In this document: positions 1-14,417 of the stretch, one piece after another
How the letters are laid out: every line of letters begins with the position of its first letter
How positions within the stretch are numbered: the first letter of the stretch is position 1
Origin: Vicugna vicugna
Taxonomy: Eukaryota
Assembly (NCBI GenBank): GCA_013265495.1
Contig: MU058257.1
Location: 1,505,262-1,569,261 of the forward strand
Direction of reading: 5' to 3'
DNA: 64,000 nt
Translations under genes and position numbers: made by a program
Notes under the pieces: model-generated
What the model saw: the letters and a program-made list of their open reading frames with translations, nothing else
Told to the model about the DNA's origin: nothing
Databases searched by the model: none

Positions 1-2080
1 GTGGTGTCCACGTACACCACGTTTACGACACTATGCATGTAATTTCCAGAGCACGTACACCCAATTCCAAAAATGCAGTTCTCGAAGTGAAAAATTAAAA
101 CCCCTACGGAGAGGACTACGACCCAGCTTTGCCAACAGCAACTCTAAACAACGTATTTTCTCTAAGAGTAATTCTTTCAGACACGGAAAGTGGCCCTGTT
201 CCACCATTCTGTACACGCCCTGCAGCCCTTTCCTGCATGACATGGAATACACTAAAACCTCAACTCCAAACAGGCATCACGTTTGTGGACAGAGTCATGC
301 ATTCTTAATAGAAATCATTTGCAAAAGGTTTTCCAAAGACATACAAATTGTTGTTGCTAATGAAAACCACATACTGGCATATTTTTTAAACTAATTTTAC
401 ATTCTCCGAAATTACACTGTCACTGAGATTAGAATCTGCTGTTTTACCTTTTTCACCTTAAAAACACTGTTAGGTCCAATTAATGGGTTGAAAAAAGTAC
501 ATCCTATCACTTAGCAAATGGCAAGTTGAGCCGTGAGACACGATGGGGCCTTCCACAGTTGGGCAGCGAACTGCAAACATCCACAATTTAAAATGTCAAA
601 TGAATTTGTGAGCTAATAAGAGTCTGGAAATAACTAAACATTCTTAAACCATAGCATAATTAATTCTTCCCTATCAATATACCCATTAAACTAATTTCAG
701 ACACAATAAACAGCGCCCTGGAACACTTAGCACGTTAGACCGCAGGGCTGACAGCTGACTCTTTAAGGACTGTAACCATGTCCTGACCCCCAGCGTTATT
801 AAAATTCCAGTTATTAATCCCGCCTTATTGCCCTTTTGTTTTCGTAACATTTTCATCAAGGATTAGGGAGATATTGTCAGGCTGGAAAAGCTTACATTTT
901 CTGCCGTGATTCAGAGCAGCTGCCACTCTTGTTTAGATAACCGTTCATTCATAGTCTTTTCCAGCCCCTGCACATTCCTCACGGCAAACTCATCCAAGTC
1001 CTCACCGTTTTATGAATCTCCTTAGGGAAATCAATGCCACACTCCTGCCCTGCGAGTTACTTGTTTACCTGCACCGACACAGCGCTATGTTCCTCGGGCC
1101 CCCACCAGATCTCTGCCTGCAATTCCTCGTCTCGGGGCAGATTCAGAGGCTTCTGCCCCCGGGATGAAGGCCGCGGCACCTACCCCTGACCCTGCTGGCC
1201 ACTGCTCCCACTGTCGGAGAGGGGTCTGCCCAGCAGCGGTCAAGGCAGCGGCCTCAGGGGGCTCTGGGCGGGTCTGCGTCTTCCAGGGTAGCTCCCCCGC
1301 CTCGCTGAGCCACAAACTCACCCCAAGGTAAGCTATTATCATGCAGGCTTGAGAGCAGCTCAATGCGGCAACATTTCAGTATGCTTTTGCTGATGTGTTC
1401 ATAAAAGACCCCAGAGAAAGGGCAACAAGAAAATCCTGGCGCAGCGCCGCCCGGGCGTGGCACTAACCACCGCGGCAGCCTCCAAGGCCGGCCCGGAGGA
1501 AGGCTGCCTTTCACTTACTGATGTGTATAATCACCGGCACGCAAAGAAGACACACGTCCACACTCACGTGCCACACGCTGGCTCAGCAACACCAAATGCT
1601 CTCTCCTGTTCTGAGAGACACACCAGGCTGCCCCGGACGTCACTGTGCAAGGAGTGAGCGCAAACCCTGCAGAGCCGACAGAGCGCTGGGAAGACAGCCA
1701 GCCAGGCCCCTCCTCCTCCAGGACCGAACAGCTCTTCTCTTGGCCAAAGTCACCCAACCGTCACACACACTCAGTCACCACAGGGAGTCGCACAGAATTT
1801 AACAGTAAAACAATTCACCAAATTAACACAGATCTAAAGTAGTTAAGAGCGAAACTTAACACCTGAGCAGGGTTTTTGGTTCGTGGGCATTTTCTTGTTG
1901 GTTTGGTTAAATTATGAACTAGAGCCCGAGAAAGGCTAAAACCACTGCACACGCTTCTGAGTGAGCACTGAGAGCATTAGATCGTGGAAACAGGACACAA
2001 GAAGAACACGATGGGCCATTCACACAGAAAATCAAGTGCGACCGTGACTAATGAGTGTCCCCCAGCCCTGGGTGCTCTTA

Positions 2081-2302
<222 letters not shown>

Positions 2303-3981
2303 CTAGACATTCATCTAAGGGGCACGTGTATGAATGTAAATCTCTTCTGCATTAGAAAACGTCTAAACTTGCAGAATCTGCCCAGAACAGAATAGAATTC
2401 AGGAAAATGTATTTTCTATAAATGAACGTCAAGTGGAGACCGCCAGTCTGTTTCGTCTCCTGACACTCCAGCCATGGCGCTCTGGGTGTGGTATTCCATT
2501 CCTCTGGTTTAAGTTTCCTAAGGCTAGAGATGATCTCCAGAAAGACTTCCAGTGTGACAACGCCACAGAGACTCGGAGCTGTTAAAGCCCTCTGAAAAAT
2601 TCTGCCAGGAAGTTTAGAGGGAAGCCCTGCAGAATTACAGCCGTCATCTACCCAGCCCCCCAGGGGCGCCTACCACACAGCAGGTCTGTAAGACAGACTC
2701 AACCTCTGCCCCTCGATAGCTCACACGCCAGGGCAGGACACAGACAGACAGACGGAGCAGCACTGGCTGGTGGGTGGGCGATGCATCAGAAATGCCCGGC
2801 TTTCTCCAGGGTAGTAAGTGCCTGGGAAGCTGGACGCAGAGCGTGCTGGGAACCTTCCCAAAAGTCAACGTCAGAGACGGGCTTTTAATGGTGACAGTGA
2901 TCTTTTCTGCTAGAAGAAATGGTGACACTGATTCCAGACACGAGCAACATCAGCAAATGCACGATGGAGAAAAGCCCCCATGCATCCGGGCGACACTTTG
3001 GAGATGAGCAGGTGCGGGACCAGGGCCCCCAGGGAGACAGCAGCGGTGATCTTAACGAGAAGAGATTAGGATCTTGCCGCCCAGAGGTCTTCACGCCCAG
3101 ACAGGGGGGCTTGTCCATCCTGATGTGCTCAATTAGGATGCAGTGTTCTTGGGAAGAGAAGACCCACGACTGTCTATATTGATCAGTTTTTTTCAGGAAA
3201 ATGTGCTCAGATTCATGGATCGTAGGCGATTATATTTCTTGGGACAAAGTTATAATTCAAGGTCCTGGATCCTTAAAGGTAAAGCTGGTGTCCAAAGGAT
3301 GCCATCCTCCCTCCACAAGATGCCTACAGTTCTTCTGGCTTCTTCCCCAGATCTGGTGCCATTGCTGCTCTGAGCAAGAACTCATGGACAAGGCTGTGAT
3401 TCTCACAGTACCTGGTGACAGGCTGTACTCAGAAACGGGCATCACATAGCGAGGAGGATCCACAATCCCCCGTCACCTGACGTCACGGGGGACGGAAACC
3501 TCTCAGCTCAAGTCCTGCGTCCACGGCTGTTAAGTCAGCTATCCTGACTCCTATGCAAATAAAAAGGATGGCGGCTCGGGCCCCAAACCACCACTGTTTT
3601 AAACAGGGCACCCCTTTCCTTCACAACAAGTTACCTTTGAAAACAGCACAACAGTAGGGTGTAGACAGTTTACAAACATTTTCACATCTGTCTTAAGGTC
3701 TAATTTTGAAAGCAAACATTCATAAGAATGCGTAAACAATAATTTCTGTTTTACCACTATTTTGGAAAATCTGGGGTGGCATACATAGGATTTTTAAACA
3801 TATATATTATTCTAGACACTTCCACAGAGGAGCAAAAATTAAGTTGATATGTGTCTTTTCAGGACAACCCTCAAAAGCAAACTGGCTAGAAATTTCAAAT
3901 GCATTCACGAGTCACCATCAACCACTCTTAGAGAAGCATATATGCTCACTGCACCCTCTACTCAGCACGGTAGCAAACACT

Positions 3982-4133
3982 ACATTTTTTAAAAATTTGT
4001 ATTTATTTTTTATTTTGGGGGGGAGGTAATTAGCTTTACTTACTTATTTTTAGAGGGGGTGCTGGGGATTGAACCCAGGACCCTGTGTGTGCTAAGCATG
4101 TGCTCTCCCATTTGAGCCACACCCTCCCCGCCT
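3982..4133 (-). mobile_element. tRNA-derived SINE (camelid Vic-1 type)
   Basis: Reverse complement of the tRNA-like head with B box GGTTCAATCCC, AATTACCTCCCC tail and A-rich end; flanking repeat caaacact. Confidence 0.85.
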
Positions 4134-4166
4134 CAAACACTGTTTTGATTTGAAATGCATCCATTT

Positions 4167-4285
4167 CAGGGGAGAGGGTATAGCTCAGTGGTAGAGCGCG
4201 TGCTCAGCACGCACGAGGTCCTGGTTCAATCCCCAGTACCTCCAAAAATAAACAAATAAATAAACCTAATGACTTCCCCTCCCCC
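4167..4285 (+). mobile_element. tRNA-derived SINE (Vic-1 type) with 16-bp target-site duplication
   Basis: gggtatagctcagtggtagagcgcgtgctcagc...ggttcaatccccag; TSD tgaaatgcatccattt at 4151-4166 and 4286-4301. Confidence 0.9.
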
Positions 4286-7200
4286 TGAAATGCATCCATT
4301 TTGACAAGCAGTGAAAACCAGCAACTTCCTATGAAAGCTCATGATAAAATCGTAAACCAGACTTCATTGTTTCCTTTTCCTGAATCCAAATGCCTCGTGT
4401 ATGCCTCCTTGAGTTCTAGGATATTTGCACAGAAAGACAGTGATCCGTTGAGTAAAATATCATTCATCGCTGGCTGGACATGCTAGCACTCATACCCAGA
4501 GAAATATTTCCTTCTCAAGACACATTTTTTCCCCTCAAAGTGTACAGATGGTAACAAAGCCCGAGTTACCCGAGAGGCCACCACTGACGAGGCACACATC
4601 ACAGCATTAAATGCCACGTCCTCACTCAGGCAAAACGTACTGGAAGAAACGATTACGGTGTATCACAGGGCACTCACTCCGCAACTCAAAACCTACCTCT
4701 CTCTTTAGCAATGTATTCTGAGAGACAGACTAGCAAGTAATATGGAAGAACACTGGCTAGCTTTTCATGTGACAATCCTTTTTTATGTTGTTCTGAGTAG
4801 AAATTCTGTTCTGTAAGTGATTCAAACTTTTATGCAACAATCAATGACAAGAAATTTCCCTGTGAACAGCAAGACAGCGATCCAGCTTCCCTCTCTCTCT
4901 CATGATTGTGGAGGCCAGGATTTCACAAGACTTGAGAATACATAGTTTCCGTCAGTTTTCCACTTCTTAAATACTTGCTGGGAATACTATTTTGCGATGT
5001 GGCTCTGGGAATACACTGAGGGTGATGAACTAAACTATGAGACTGCACACCCACCAAATGCCACCTACACAGTAACTCTCGCTTCGTCTGCTGGTTCTCA
5101 CCACATCAAAAATGCAAAACCTTCCAAAGGTGACTTGAGAAGCCTTTGATCTGTTTTTCAATGAATCAACTTTCCTGTTTCCCCAACTAGTTAAGCAAGA
5201 AACTCAGACTGACATGGCATCGGAGTGAAACAATGAGATACAGAATGACTGTTTACTGAACATTTATTCATTGGTACATTTACATAGAAGGCAACACCAT
5301 GCATGAACACCAGGAACGGACCGAATGAGGAAAAATTTGCCAGTGATTTGTCTCACAGTGAAAACAGCATTAATGTCCCATTTTCCTATGTTGAATTTCT
5401 AACGAGATCAAAGTCTTATGAACAGAATTATTTTTTAAACATACGACAAAAATGTATGAATACAGAAATTACTGAGATTAAATTCTAAGAAAGACACAAC
5501 AGATTTCAGCTTTGCTTTAGACAGAAAAATTCTTCTGATAAAATAGTTGAAAAAAAACGTGAAACTCCACGCTCCCAGACGCCAGCACGCGGAGCGTGTT
5601 AACGACGTGAACGTGCTGGTCGAGCTGGCTATGCCTGCTCCTGCCACTGCTGGTGTCGGTCGTGGGCAAGACAGCCCAGAAGCTTGTAAAATGTTCTTAA
5701 GGCTTTTAAAAGGAAGAAACCTTACAAGGCTCTCTACAGGTTTCTTTCTGATGAACGTCCAGGATTACTCCCTTAAAATCCATGAAAGCGGGAAGTCAGC
5801 CAGCACAGATGGCACTGGGAGAAAGCTCGCCTTGGGCTGCAGCGCTGGCTGACCCCCACCAAAAGCTAAGGGGACTGACCAGGTTCACGTAGCGTGGGAC
5901 TCCTGACTCCGAAAAACGTGCATCGTAATCATGGCTCCAAAACACAGAAAGCTTGAGGCTTCAGCCCCATCACTTCCTTTCACTGGTCCATTAACCCCCC
6001 CTGAAGAGAGGTAAAGCGGCCTGGGTACCTGACCGCTAAGGCTGTTTCAAAGATAACTTCAATTTTAAATCACAGTGGTTACCAGAGTGGGACTGATCCT
6101 GCAGACTATCTAATGCCAGTTGGTTGAAAATGTGGATACTTAAAAACGGATGTTAATGAAGAATGAGTGTCACCAACACTCATGGTGTGATGCCAGTGTC
6201 CCCCAGAAAGAGCTGCTTTTACAAACAGCAAACAGCCATGAACAAAACAGAACACAAGTCATCAGGGCTCTTGGGACTCAGCTCTTTTATCTGTTTAGTG
6301 GGAACATGTGGCTGACGTCCTTCCAACTCAACAGCTCTTCCATTTCGGTCTATTTTTTGGAAACTACTCCCCTGGGATATGTTCCCACAGAAATGAGTCA
6401 GGAAGCCTCAAAGCTCCTTTTGGGTCTAGAGTCCCAAAGAAGGAATATTCTACGTGAAAAGCCATCCTGTCCCCATAAAATTTGTAATTTCTTAATGTAG
6501 TCAGCTGGTATTTCAGGACAAAGTTCTACCTGAATCATAGCAAGTCACACAAATGCCACCACCTCCACTGGTGTCTGCACCGGAGTTACCCTGGAGGTAC
6601 GGGAGACAGCCCCTGACCGCCCAGGGCCTGCCTGAGCGGCGTCCGTGCGCCTGGACACCGTGCTCCTCGGTACACACCGCTGCTCTTTGTTAAGGATAAC
6701 TGAAATGCAGCGCTCCAATTTCTTCTACTCGGTACCCTCTTTCGGTATTTGGTACCAGGTACCATCTTTTGCAGGACTTCTAAGGAAATGACTTTACAAA
6801 CAGTGTTGGTGTCTTGGGGCCAATGACACCGAAACCTGGACTCACAGAGGCTGAGGAATTCTCAAAGCTGTAAAACTCAAGATAAATCAAATTAAGCACA
6901 TACATTTCTCAGGGTAAAACAAGACAGGACCCCTAGTTTCCAGCACAACATGTGAAAAACTGTCTTAAGAAAATACCCAAACCATTCACTATCGATCCGG
7001 CCGACCATCGAAGAGCAAGGGGACCGTCATCCCAGCCCAAAGGGGCCCACACAGCTCATCACACAGCAGGGAGCAGGGAGGGAGGTTGCTGGCCTGGGAA
7101 AGCATCTGGAATATTAGGGACCGTCACGTCTCGAGCGGGGAAAAGGGAAAACCATGCCCACTACAGCGCGAACGGAAGAGGGCGATTGAGGCCGCCACTG

Positions 7201-8226
7201 ACAAAGCAGGGGCAACGGACTGAAGAAGAAGGAGGAATCCTCAACCCAGATGCACAGCGTTTCCAAAGGTCACTAGGTGAATGTGGGGTCTGGGGCTGGT
7301 TTTCTAGTTTTAGCTTTTCGCCTTCCTCGGAAGCATCAGGGATTGGAGGCAGGGCGCCGGTGACAGGAGCTGGCGGGCCACGGGTCTGATTCAGTAATGG
7401 CAAGTCCTACGTCCCTATAACAGAGGGGAGATCACAGCGAATCACTGTATGTACAGGCCCGGGACGCAGGTGCGCTCTCCCTCTCGCAAGGGGTCTGAAT
7501 TTTCACCAATTAAAAAGTCCTTAACCGCGGTAAATGTTCACACCCAACCCGGAAAGAGAGGAAAACCCAACAGCAGGGGAGACGGTGACCATTAGCCCAT
7601 GAAGGTCAATGCGACACGCTACGAGCGATGCCTGTCACCTGACGGGGACCACGTCTTCGCCGTCCTTCCCCTACATGGGGCTGTGCCAAGCAGGCAGACC
7701 AAAGCAGGCTGGCAAAACCCAACCAGAGCTGGCATGTCTTCATTCTACGTTGACAGAAGAAGAAACTGGGAATTCAGCAAAATTTTTCTTTTCTTTTTTT
7801 TTTTAACAGATAAGAAAGCTAGACAGATTAAAGGATGAACAACAGAAAATTCTACCAGTCACACTCATGTGTTTTTCCTATTTTCTGGTTGAAAGTTCTT
7901 TAAAGGCAGGCTTCTCGCCCCTCGTTCTACCCACAGCCAAAGTACATACACAACGTCTTGCCAACAACAGGTTTCCATAAACACCCCGATGAAGGAAACT
8001 CACTGCTGCTCCAATGAGGCTTCATAATGCAGACCTGAATTGTATTAAATCTCCATGAAACGTGCTCAAAATGGAGTTAAACGTCATGCTGTACTTTATA
8101 TCAGGGGCTTGCAAAATGTACCAGCAATGAAAGTGTTTTGTGTCACGGGCTACATCAATCAAAACAGCTTCCTACATTTTAAATGTGAGAACTCTCACAG
8201 GCTAGCCCCCAGATGAGCAACTCGGT

Positions 8227-8288
8227 AACCCCGACCACGCTGGTGCAACCCCGACCACGCTGGTGCAACCCCGACCACGCTGGTGCAA
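8227..8288. repeat. Perfect 20-bp tandem repeat x3 (aaccccgaccacgctggtgc)
   Basis: Read directly. Confidence 0.95.
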
Positions 8289-8835
8289 AGCAAGTCTTCC
8301 CCAAGGGGGCCTGCCAGCAGAAGGCCGAGCGGCTGCAGGCGGCCACACGGACAGTGCGGGCGGCACCCACACAAAGGGCGCACAGACACACAGAGGCCTT
8401 GAAGACGCAGAGATGCGATTAAAAGATGGCCACATCCTAGTAAGTATAAAGCACAAAGTGTGACTATTTCACATGCACGCACATACGTGTACACGCGTTT
8501 TTTCCTCTCCCTGCAAGCGGTGCTACAGTGAATACGTAACTTTTGAATCCTTCTTGCCATAAGCCACTATGTTTTGATTTTTTTCTTTCGTTAAATCACA
8601 GCTTCACTCATCATCTCAAACACGCTGAGCACATCTTGATCACTGGACAACATTTCCATGTGAGCTCCCCCACCTTTTTCTTTCCTCTTCCCACACGTTA
8701 CAGGATCTGAAACTCACTTAACCAAATCAATGTTTTGATTTACTTTCTTGGTGTTAACACTTCCTGAGTGATCGTAAGGAAGCTGCTCCTTTTCCTCCTG
8801 GAAGCACGGGCCTCCTTCACATTCATACCACATTA

Positions 8836-9219
<384 letters not shown>

Positions 9220-10025
9220 TTACACTGTGCCTCCCGTGACGTTCTGTCAGGTTCCAACCACTGGAGGAAAAATATGCATATTAAAGCCTTTTTTTCCCAA
9301 ACCATGTCTTGTTGCTTATTTTTCCAGCTTGCCTGTTAGGACTGGTTGAAGTCAATTTAAGTTATGGTCTAATTCAGAATCCTTTCCGAGATGCTGCTCT
9401 GGGAAACATGAGCTTAACCACCAGCAGAACGGAGCTGGGACTGCACGCTACATGTTACACTCGGGGCGTGCAACACACCTGACAGTCAGCACAGCCCGGG
9501 GTCGTGCTAGCCAAACGACCACCTGCCCTCTGATGCCCAAGACCACTTGTAAGCTCGGCTGCTTGAACAACACGCTGAGCCTCAATTTCTGCTGCTGTAA
9601 TTAAAAAGCCCCCCCAACCCTCTCACTAACCCTCCACACAAGACCCTCCTCAGCAAACCGACAGCACAGGCCAAGACCAAATATTCCGGTGAAGCAGGCG
9701 ACGGTGCCTGCCCCACAAACATGAACCACCTACCAGGCGAGACAGCATACATGGCAATTCCTGCCTCTGAGAATGAAGACTCTGTGGCCTCCCTTAAAAC
9801 AGGTGCACCTTGTAAGTCATCGACATCATAAACACACTCCGAGGAAGGAGAACTCTGTGCTAGTTAAGGCCTCGAAACAAACCTGCTTCAAGGAGAAACA
9901 AATACACAGAGCCTCCGAACGTGGGCTCCGAGTCAACCCCCCAAGGCTCTGGAGCAGGCCGCAGCCAGGGGGTGGGGGACAACACAATGGGGAGGGGGGC
10001 GTGGTGGGGCTGCACAGGGAGGGAG

Positions 10026-10112
10026 NNNNNNNNNNNNNNNNNNNNNNNNNNNNNNNNNNNNNNNNNNNNNNNNNNNNNNNNNNNNNNNNNNNNNNNNNNN
10101 NNNNNNNNNNNN
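10026..10112. other. Assembly gap (87 N) inside a G-run-rich tract (~9965-10170)
   Basis: N run flanked by ggg/gggg tracts. Confidence 0.98.
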
Positions 10113-10734
10113 GAGGGAGGGGACTGTGGAGGGGAGGGGACCCCATAGGGAGGGAGGGGGCCTTGGGGGGAGCTGTACGCTCCAAACAGATGCAACCACA
10201 GCTGTGGCTCCTGTTCAGAACAAATTATCATTTCTCTTAGAAGCTACCGTCTGTTTAATATAAATGAAATATTTAATGAAGTTCCGAATCGTAGTCTTAT
10301 CGCACCTAGGGTGATAAGCACGGGGAGGCTCAAGGCTCGGAAGGGTCAACACAATTGCAATTGGAGGCACGTCCGGCTGCGGGACTGAGTTAGACTCAAT
10401 AAGGCTTAAATTGTGAAATGAGGATTTGTTTTATTAGTTTTTTTTTTAATTGCAGATTATAACTGACAGCTTTACTGAAAAGTAAATTAAATATTCAAGG
10501 TCTCCGATGTTAAAAGTAAAAGATACCAGAACATTTTCTGAAAGAATACTGAGCCTGAGTCCCGAGGTACTTTGGGGAGATAAAAACAAAACCAACCCAG
10601 CAGAAGCCCCGCACCTTCAGGAACAGGCACACCTGAGGTTTAGTGAGCATACACACACGGTGAAGAGACCTGCTCGGCAAGGACTGGCCGCCTGCTGCAC
10701 GGTAATTCATGTCATCATGAGACAGACAGCACAT

Positions 10735-11347
10735 CCTCAAGTTTGCTTAGCAGATACATTTAATTGAACCCTGTAACGCCACAATTTTCTAGATGGTAAA
10801 GCCTTTATAAAGCCCCCTTACGAGAAATCCCTAACTATCCCAAGAGGCTACTTTAGAATTTTATAAAGTCAGATAAAAATTCCATTTAAAAAACAGCACA
10901 TGCAGGCTTTCTGGGGCAGAACAGGAAGAGGCCTGCTCACCGGGGCCCTCACGCTGGGACACTGTGATGGGAAAGAGTCCTCGCCTCCCCAACCATGGCT
11001 GATCTGCATCTCAAAAGACGGATTTAAATGAAGACATCAGTGTCCTCCGACATAAATATTTAACAGACGACACAATGTCTTTCAATTTCTTTAAAAAAAA
11101 AACTGACGGGGGTACACAGTTTTGTTTTAAATCTTTTGATGATGTTTTTTGTTGCAAGCAAACGAGTTTCAGAAAGAGGCCTGCATGGCATGGGAGTGGG
11201 GCAGTGGTCGCTCCCAGGAGGGTGGTCCTGGAAGCCTCTTGGGATAGTTAGGGATTTCTCGTAAGGGGGCTTTATAAAGGCTTTACCATCTAGAAAATTG
11301 TGGCGTTACAGTGTTCAATTAAATGTATCTGCTAAGCAAACTTGAGG
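10735..11347. repeat. Inverted repeat, 115-bp arms (10735-10849, 11233-11347), 1 mismatch, 383-bp spacer
   Basis: cctcaagtttgcttagcag...tcccaagaggct is the reverse complement of agcctcttggga...ctgctaagcaaacttgagg. Confidence 0.97.
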
Positions 11348-14009
11348 TCCAGGCCTTCCTGCAAACTGGGTTGCTCCCAGGCCCTTGTAGAAAAACCTTC
11401 TCAAATTAAGCTTAATTAGAGGAAGGCACTGAAATAAAAGAACTGAAATTTTTGCTTTGTTGTTTCAACTGCAAAAATGGTCTTCAAGCCAATGTACCCC
11501 TGTCCCCAGGAGAGGCAGCTGCATTGGAGCCCCTCACTTCCATCCCCAGGAAGATGGGAAAGCCCTCCCACCTACCGAGAAAAACCAGCCCCATGGTTGC
11601 AGCCGGACAGCTCACCCTGGGGGGCGGGGGGCAGCACGAAGCAAGACCGTCTCCTCCCAAAGTAACAGGGTGTGCAGCGCAGGCTGACGACGCCCTGTGC
11701 CCCAACCGGGCCTCTTACGTCACTGTGGCCACCAGCCTCACGAAACCATAAGCTCAGTGAATAATAAAGACCCACGCTGATCAACATTTATCAGAACTCC
11801 ATTTATAAAGGTATAAAAATGGGAAATTTCCCCACACCTATAAACAATATAAATATCACACACTCTCAAATAAAAAAGATATTCAAATGATCATATCTTC
11901 TTGTATAAACAGAAAATGAGACGGGCTCTTTAACAACAGAAAACCGGGTACGGTCCAGCGAGTCTGCTTCAGATTACACACTTGGCCCAGTCTTCCTGGG
12001 AAAAGGGAAGATGTTGGTTTCTTTTTTAAAATGAATATAATACCTGTGGGGCTCAGCAAAATCATGTTGTTTTAAGTGTGCGTTCGAGGGTCAAATCATG
12101 TCTTCCACGTAAAGGAAACACATCCCACCGCCCCGACTACGAACGCAGGCGGGTGGGTGCGGACACGGCCCTAACACCCTGCAGCGGGCTTTAAACTGGG
12201 CCCTGGTTAGTCACTGCCATGATCTTATTACTCGGCATTTCAGTCTTTATAAGCTTGTTCTATTTTAGCCCCAGTTCCTGGCACAGAGCAGGCACTGGGT
12301 GAATAATTGGATGAATAAATTCATTTCTGAGCGAATGATTCAGATTTTCCTTAAAACCGTTTAGGGGTCTAACGCCCATGAGGCCACGTGGAAGAAGGGT
12401 ACAGCGCCATCTGACATGGACCACGGTCACACATGGTAGAAAGTCATACCACCCCCAGGACCAGGAGACACAGAACCAGGAACAGAAGGATGGGGCCGAG
12501 CTTCGGGGAAGAGTGGCCGCACTTCCAGGGTCCGGCTCCACAGCTCTGTTCCCATGCAGAACCACAGCTGGTGTCCTTCACGTCCCCACGGGGCTGATGG
12601 AAGGACCCGGGGGAGAGGAGCCTGGACAGGTGGACCCAAGAGGTAACAGCCTGCCGGGTGCCAAGGCTCACGGGTCGCTGCGCACACTTCCCAGAACAGG
12701 CACGGCATGGACAGCACGGTCACTGAGACCCGCTCTCGGCACAAGAAGGGTGATACCTGGCTTCTAAGTTACTCCGTGCTCCCTTGGCCTCGCAGCCATT
12801 AAGCAGATCATCTGACCTCTCTGCATCTGTATCTTCACTCATAAGATAAAGGAACCACACGTGGCACCTCAGGCCCCTTCCTGTTCCAAGGTCGCTCTCT
12901 AATTCTAACAGGATGAGACCCAGACAGAGAACCCATTTTAAAGCAGCCCTTGGCGACTAAAGTCCTCAGCGTGGGGTCTAAGACAAAACTGGTCTGGTCT
13001 GTTCCCTCCTGGTGCGAAGACAGGCCCCAGCGAGATGACTGGGAACACTGAGTCATTCCTGCAAACACTCACTTCCTCGGACACTTAAGATCAACGTCAT
13101 TCTCATACACAGGTTGTTTTCCACAAGCAAGGAGGGGCGTCAGGTGTTCACTCTCCTCCAAAGGCCTCAACAAGCTCGTCCTTTGCGACAAGCCCCATGT
13201 TTCTGCCCCGTGCTTTGTGAGCTCCTTCCCGTGGAGAAGCAGCCCTGAAATTCACCCACCCTCAGGAGCATGGGACAACGGGAAGCCACCTCTTCTTTCT
13301 TTTTAAAGAAACAATTACTGCTCACGGAATGTTTTCAAATTCTTAAGTGAGAGCATTCAATCTAAGGAAAGCACAGGAAATCCAGAATCATTTTGTTATC
13401 CTGTCTTGTCAGAACCTCAGGGTCTAACAGTAACTAAGTTCTTTTTTTTTTTTCCCCTAAAAATGCCCGACTCTGGACTCTCGGGGACTGATTCCCTCAC
13501 CCTTCAGTGCACGTTTACCCGTCAGCCCCGGGCTGGACCAGTGATGGGGAGCCAGAACACAGCAGATGGACAGGGCCCCGGAGGCTCAGAATTCACAGAA
13601 AACCAAAGAGAAACCATGACGACGGGACGGCTGCTGCGTAGGGTAGGTACCCGGGGCCATGGAAATGCGTAGGGAGAGAACTAAAAACCCAAGGCCGTCT
13701 TTTCCAGGCCAAGGAGCAGAACAGACCCACAGAAAACCCGGAGGTGAAAGGCAGCATCAGACACCTGAGAAATTCCAGATCAGGCCAAGAAGCCAGCGCA
13801 GAGCTGGCACAGGGCTGGGCATGTGCTGGGGGCCACGAGATGAAGACTGGGACCCATGCGGGAGGAGACAGAATTCGGCAGTATGTCTCGTGGGAAGATG
13901 GGCCTTCTGCTGGTGAGAGTGAGGTGGGAAGCCCCATGAAAAAGACAGCAGGACCCCCAGGCAGGGCCACTACTTTCCTGCCAGCACCACCCAGTTCCCC
14001 GGCTCAGAA

Positions 14010-14417
14010 GCTCTATCTTGCTTTTTAACTCTGAAACAGCTTGTTTCTAGTAAAGTAGAACTTACCCCTAAGATTCTATTGGTTCCCTGAGCTCACTCCT
14101 GATTGGTTCTTTCTTTCACTCCTGATTGGTCCATTTCTCTCCCTCTTGATTGGTCCATTTCTACAAAGCTTGTTCCTAATTAGTCACCTTTGTTATACCA
14201 TATTTGCATACGATGTTACAAAATGTTGCAAAGTCTAGACTGATAGCCTATAAAAGCCTGTGTAAACCTACAGATGGGGTCCAAAGCTTGACATGTTAAC
14301 ACCTCTGGGCTCACTGGGTTCTCCAACTCTCAGAGTGCTGCTTGGTCTCTCGCTGGGATCCAGGTTGCTGTCATCACTGAGCTGTAACACCAAGCTCTAA
14401 TACACTTTGCTGCAACA
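14010..14417 (+). mobile_element. ERV LTR (probably ERV1 class, 5' end uncertain)
   Basis: Tandem GATTGG boxes, ATTTGCAT, TATAAAA, R/U5-like text, ends ...gctgcaaCA; AT-richer than the GC-rich flanks. Confidence 0.7.

Noticed and set aside
4167..4245. tRNA-like sequence (also at the other five SINE heads)
   Set aside because: Has an A-rich tail and TSDs and lacks a proper acceptor stem; SINE, not a tRNA gene.
8227..8288. CRISPR-like direct repeats
   Set aside because: No spacers, eukaryotic intron; simple minisatellite.
9773..10240. ORFs spanning the N run
   Set aside because: Artefacts of reading through the assembly gap.
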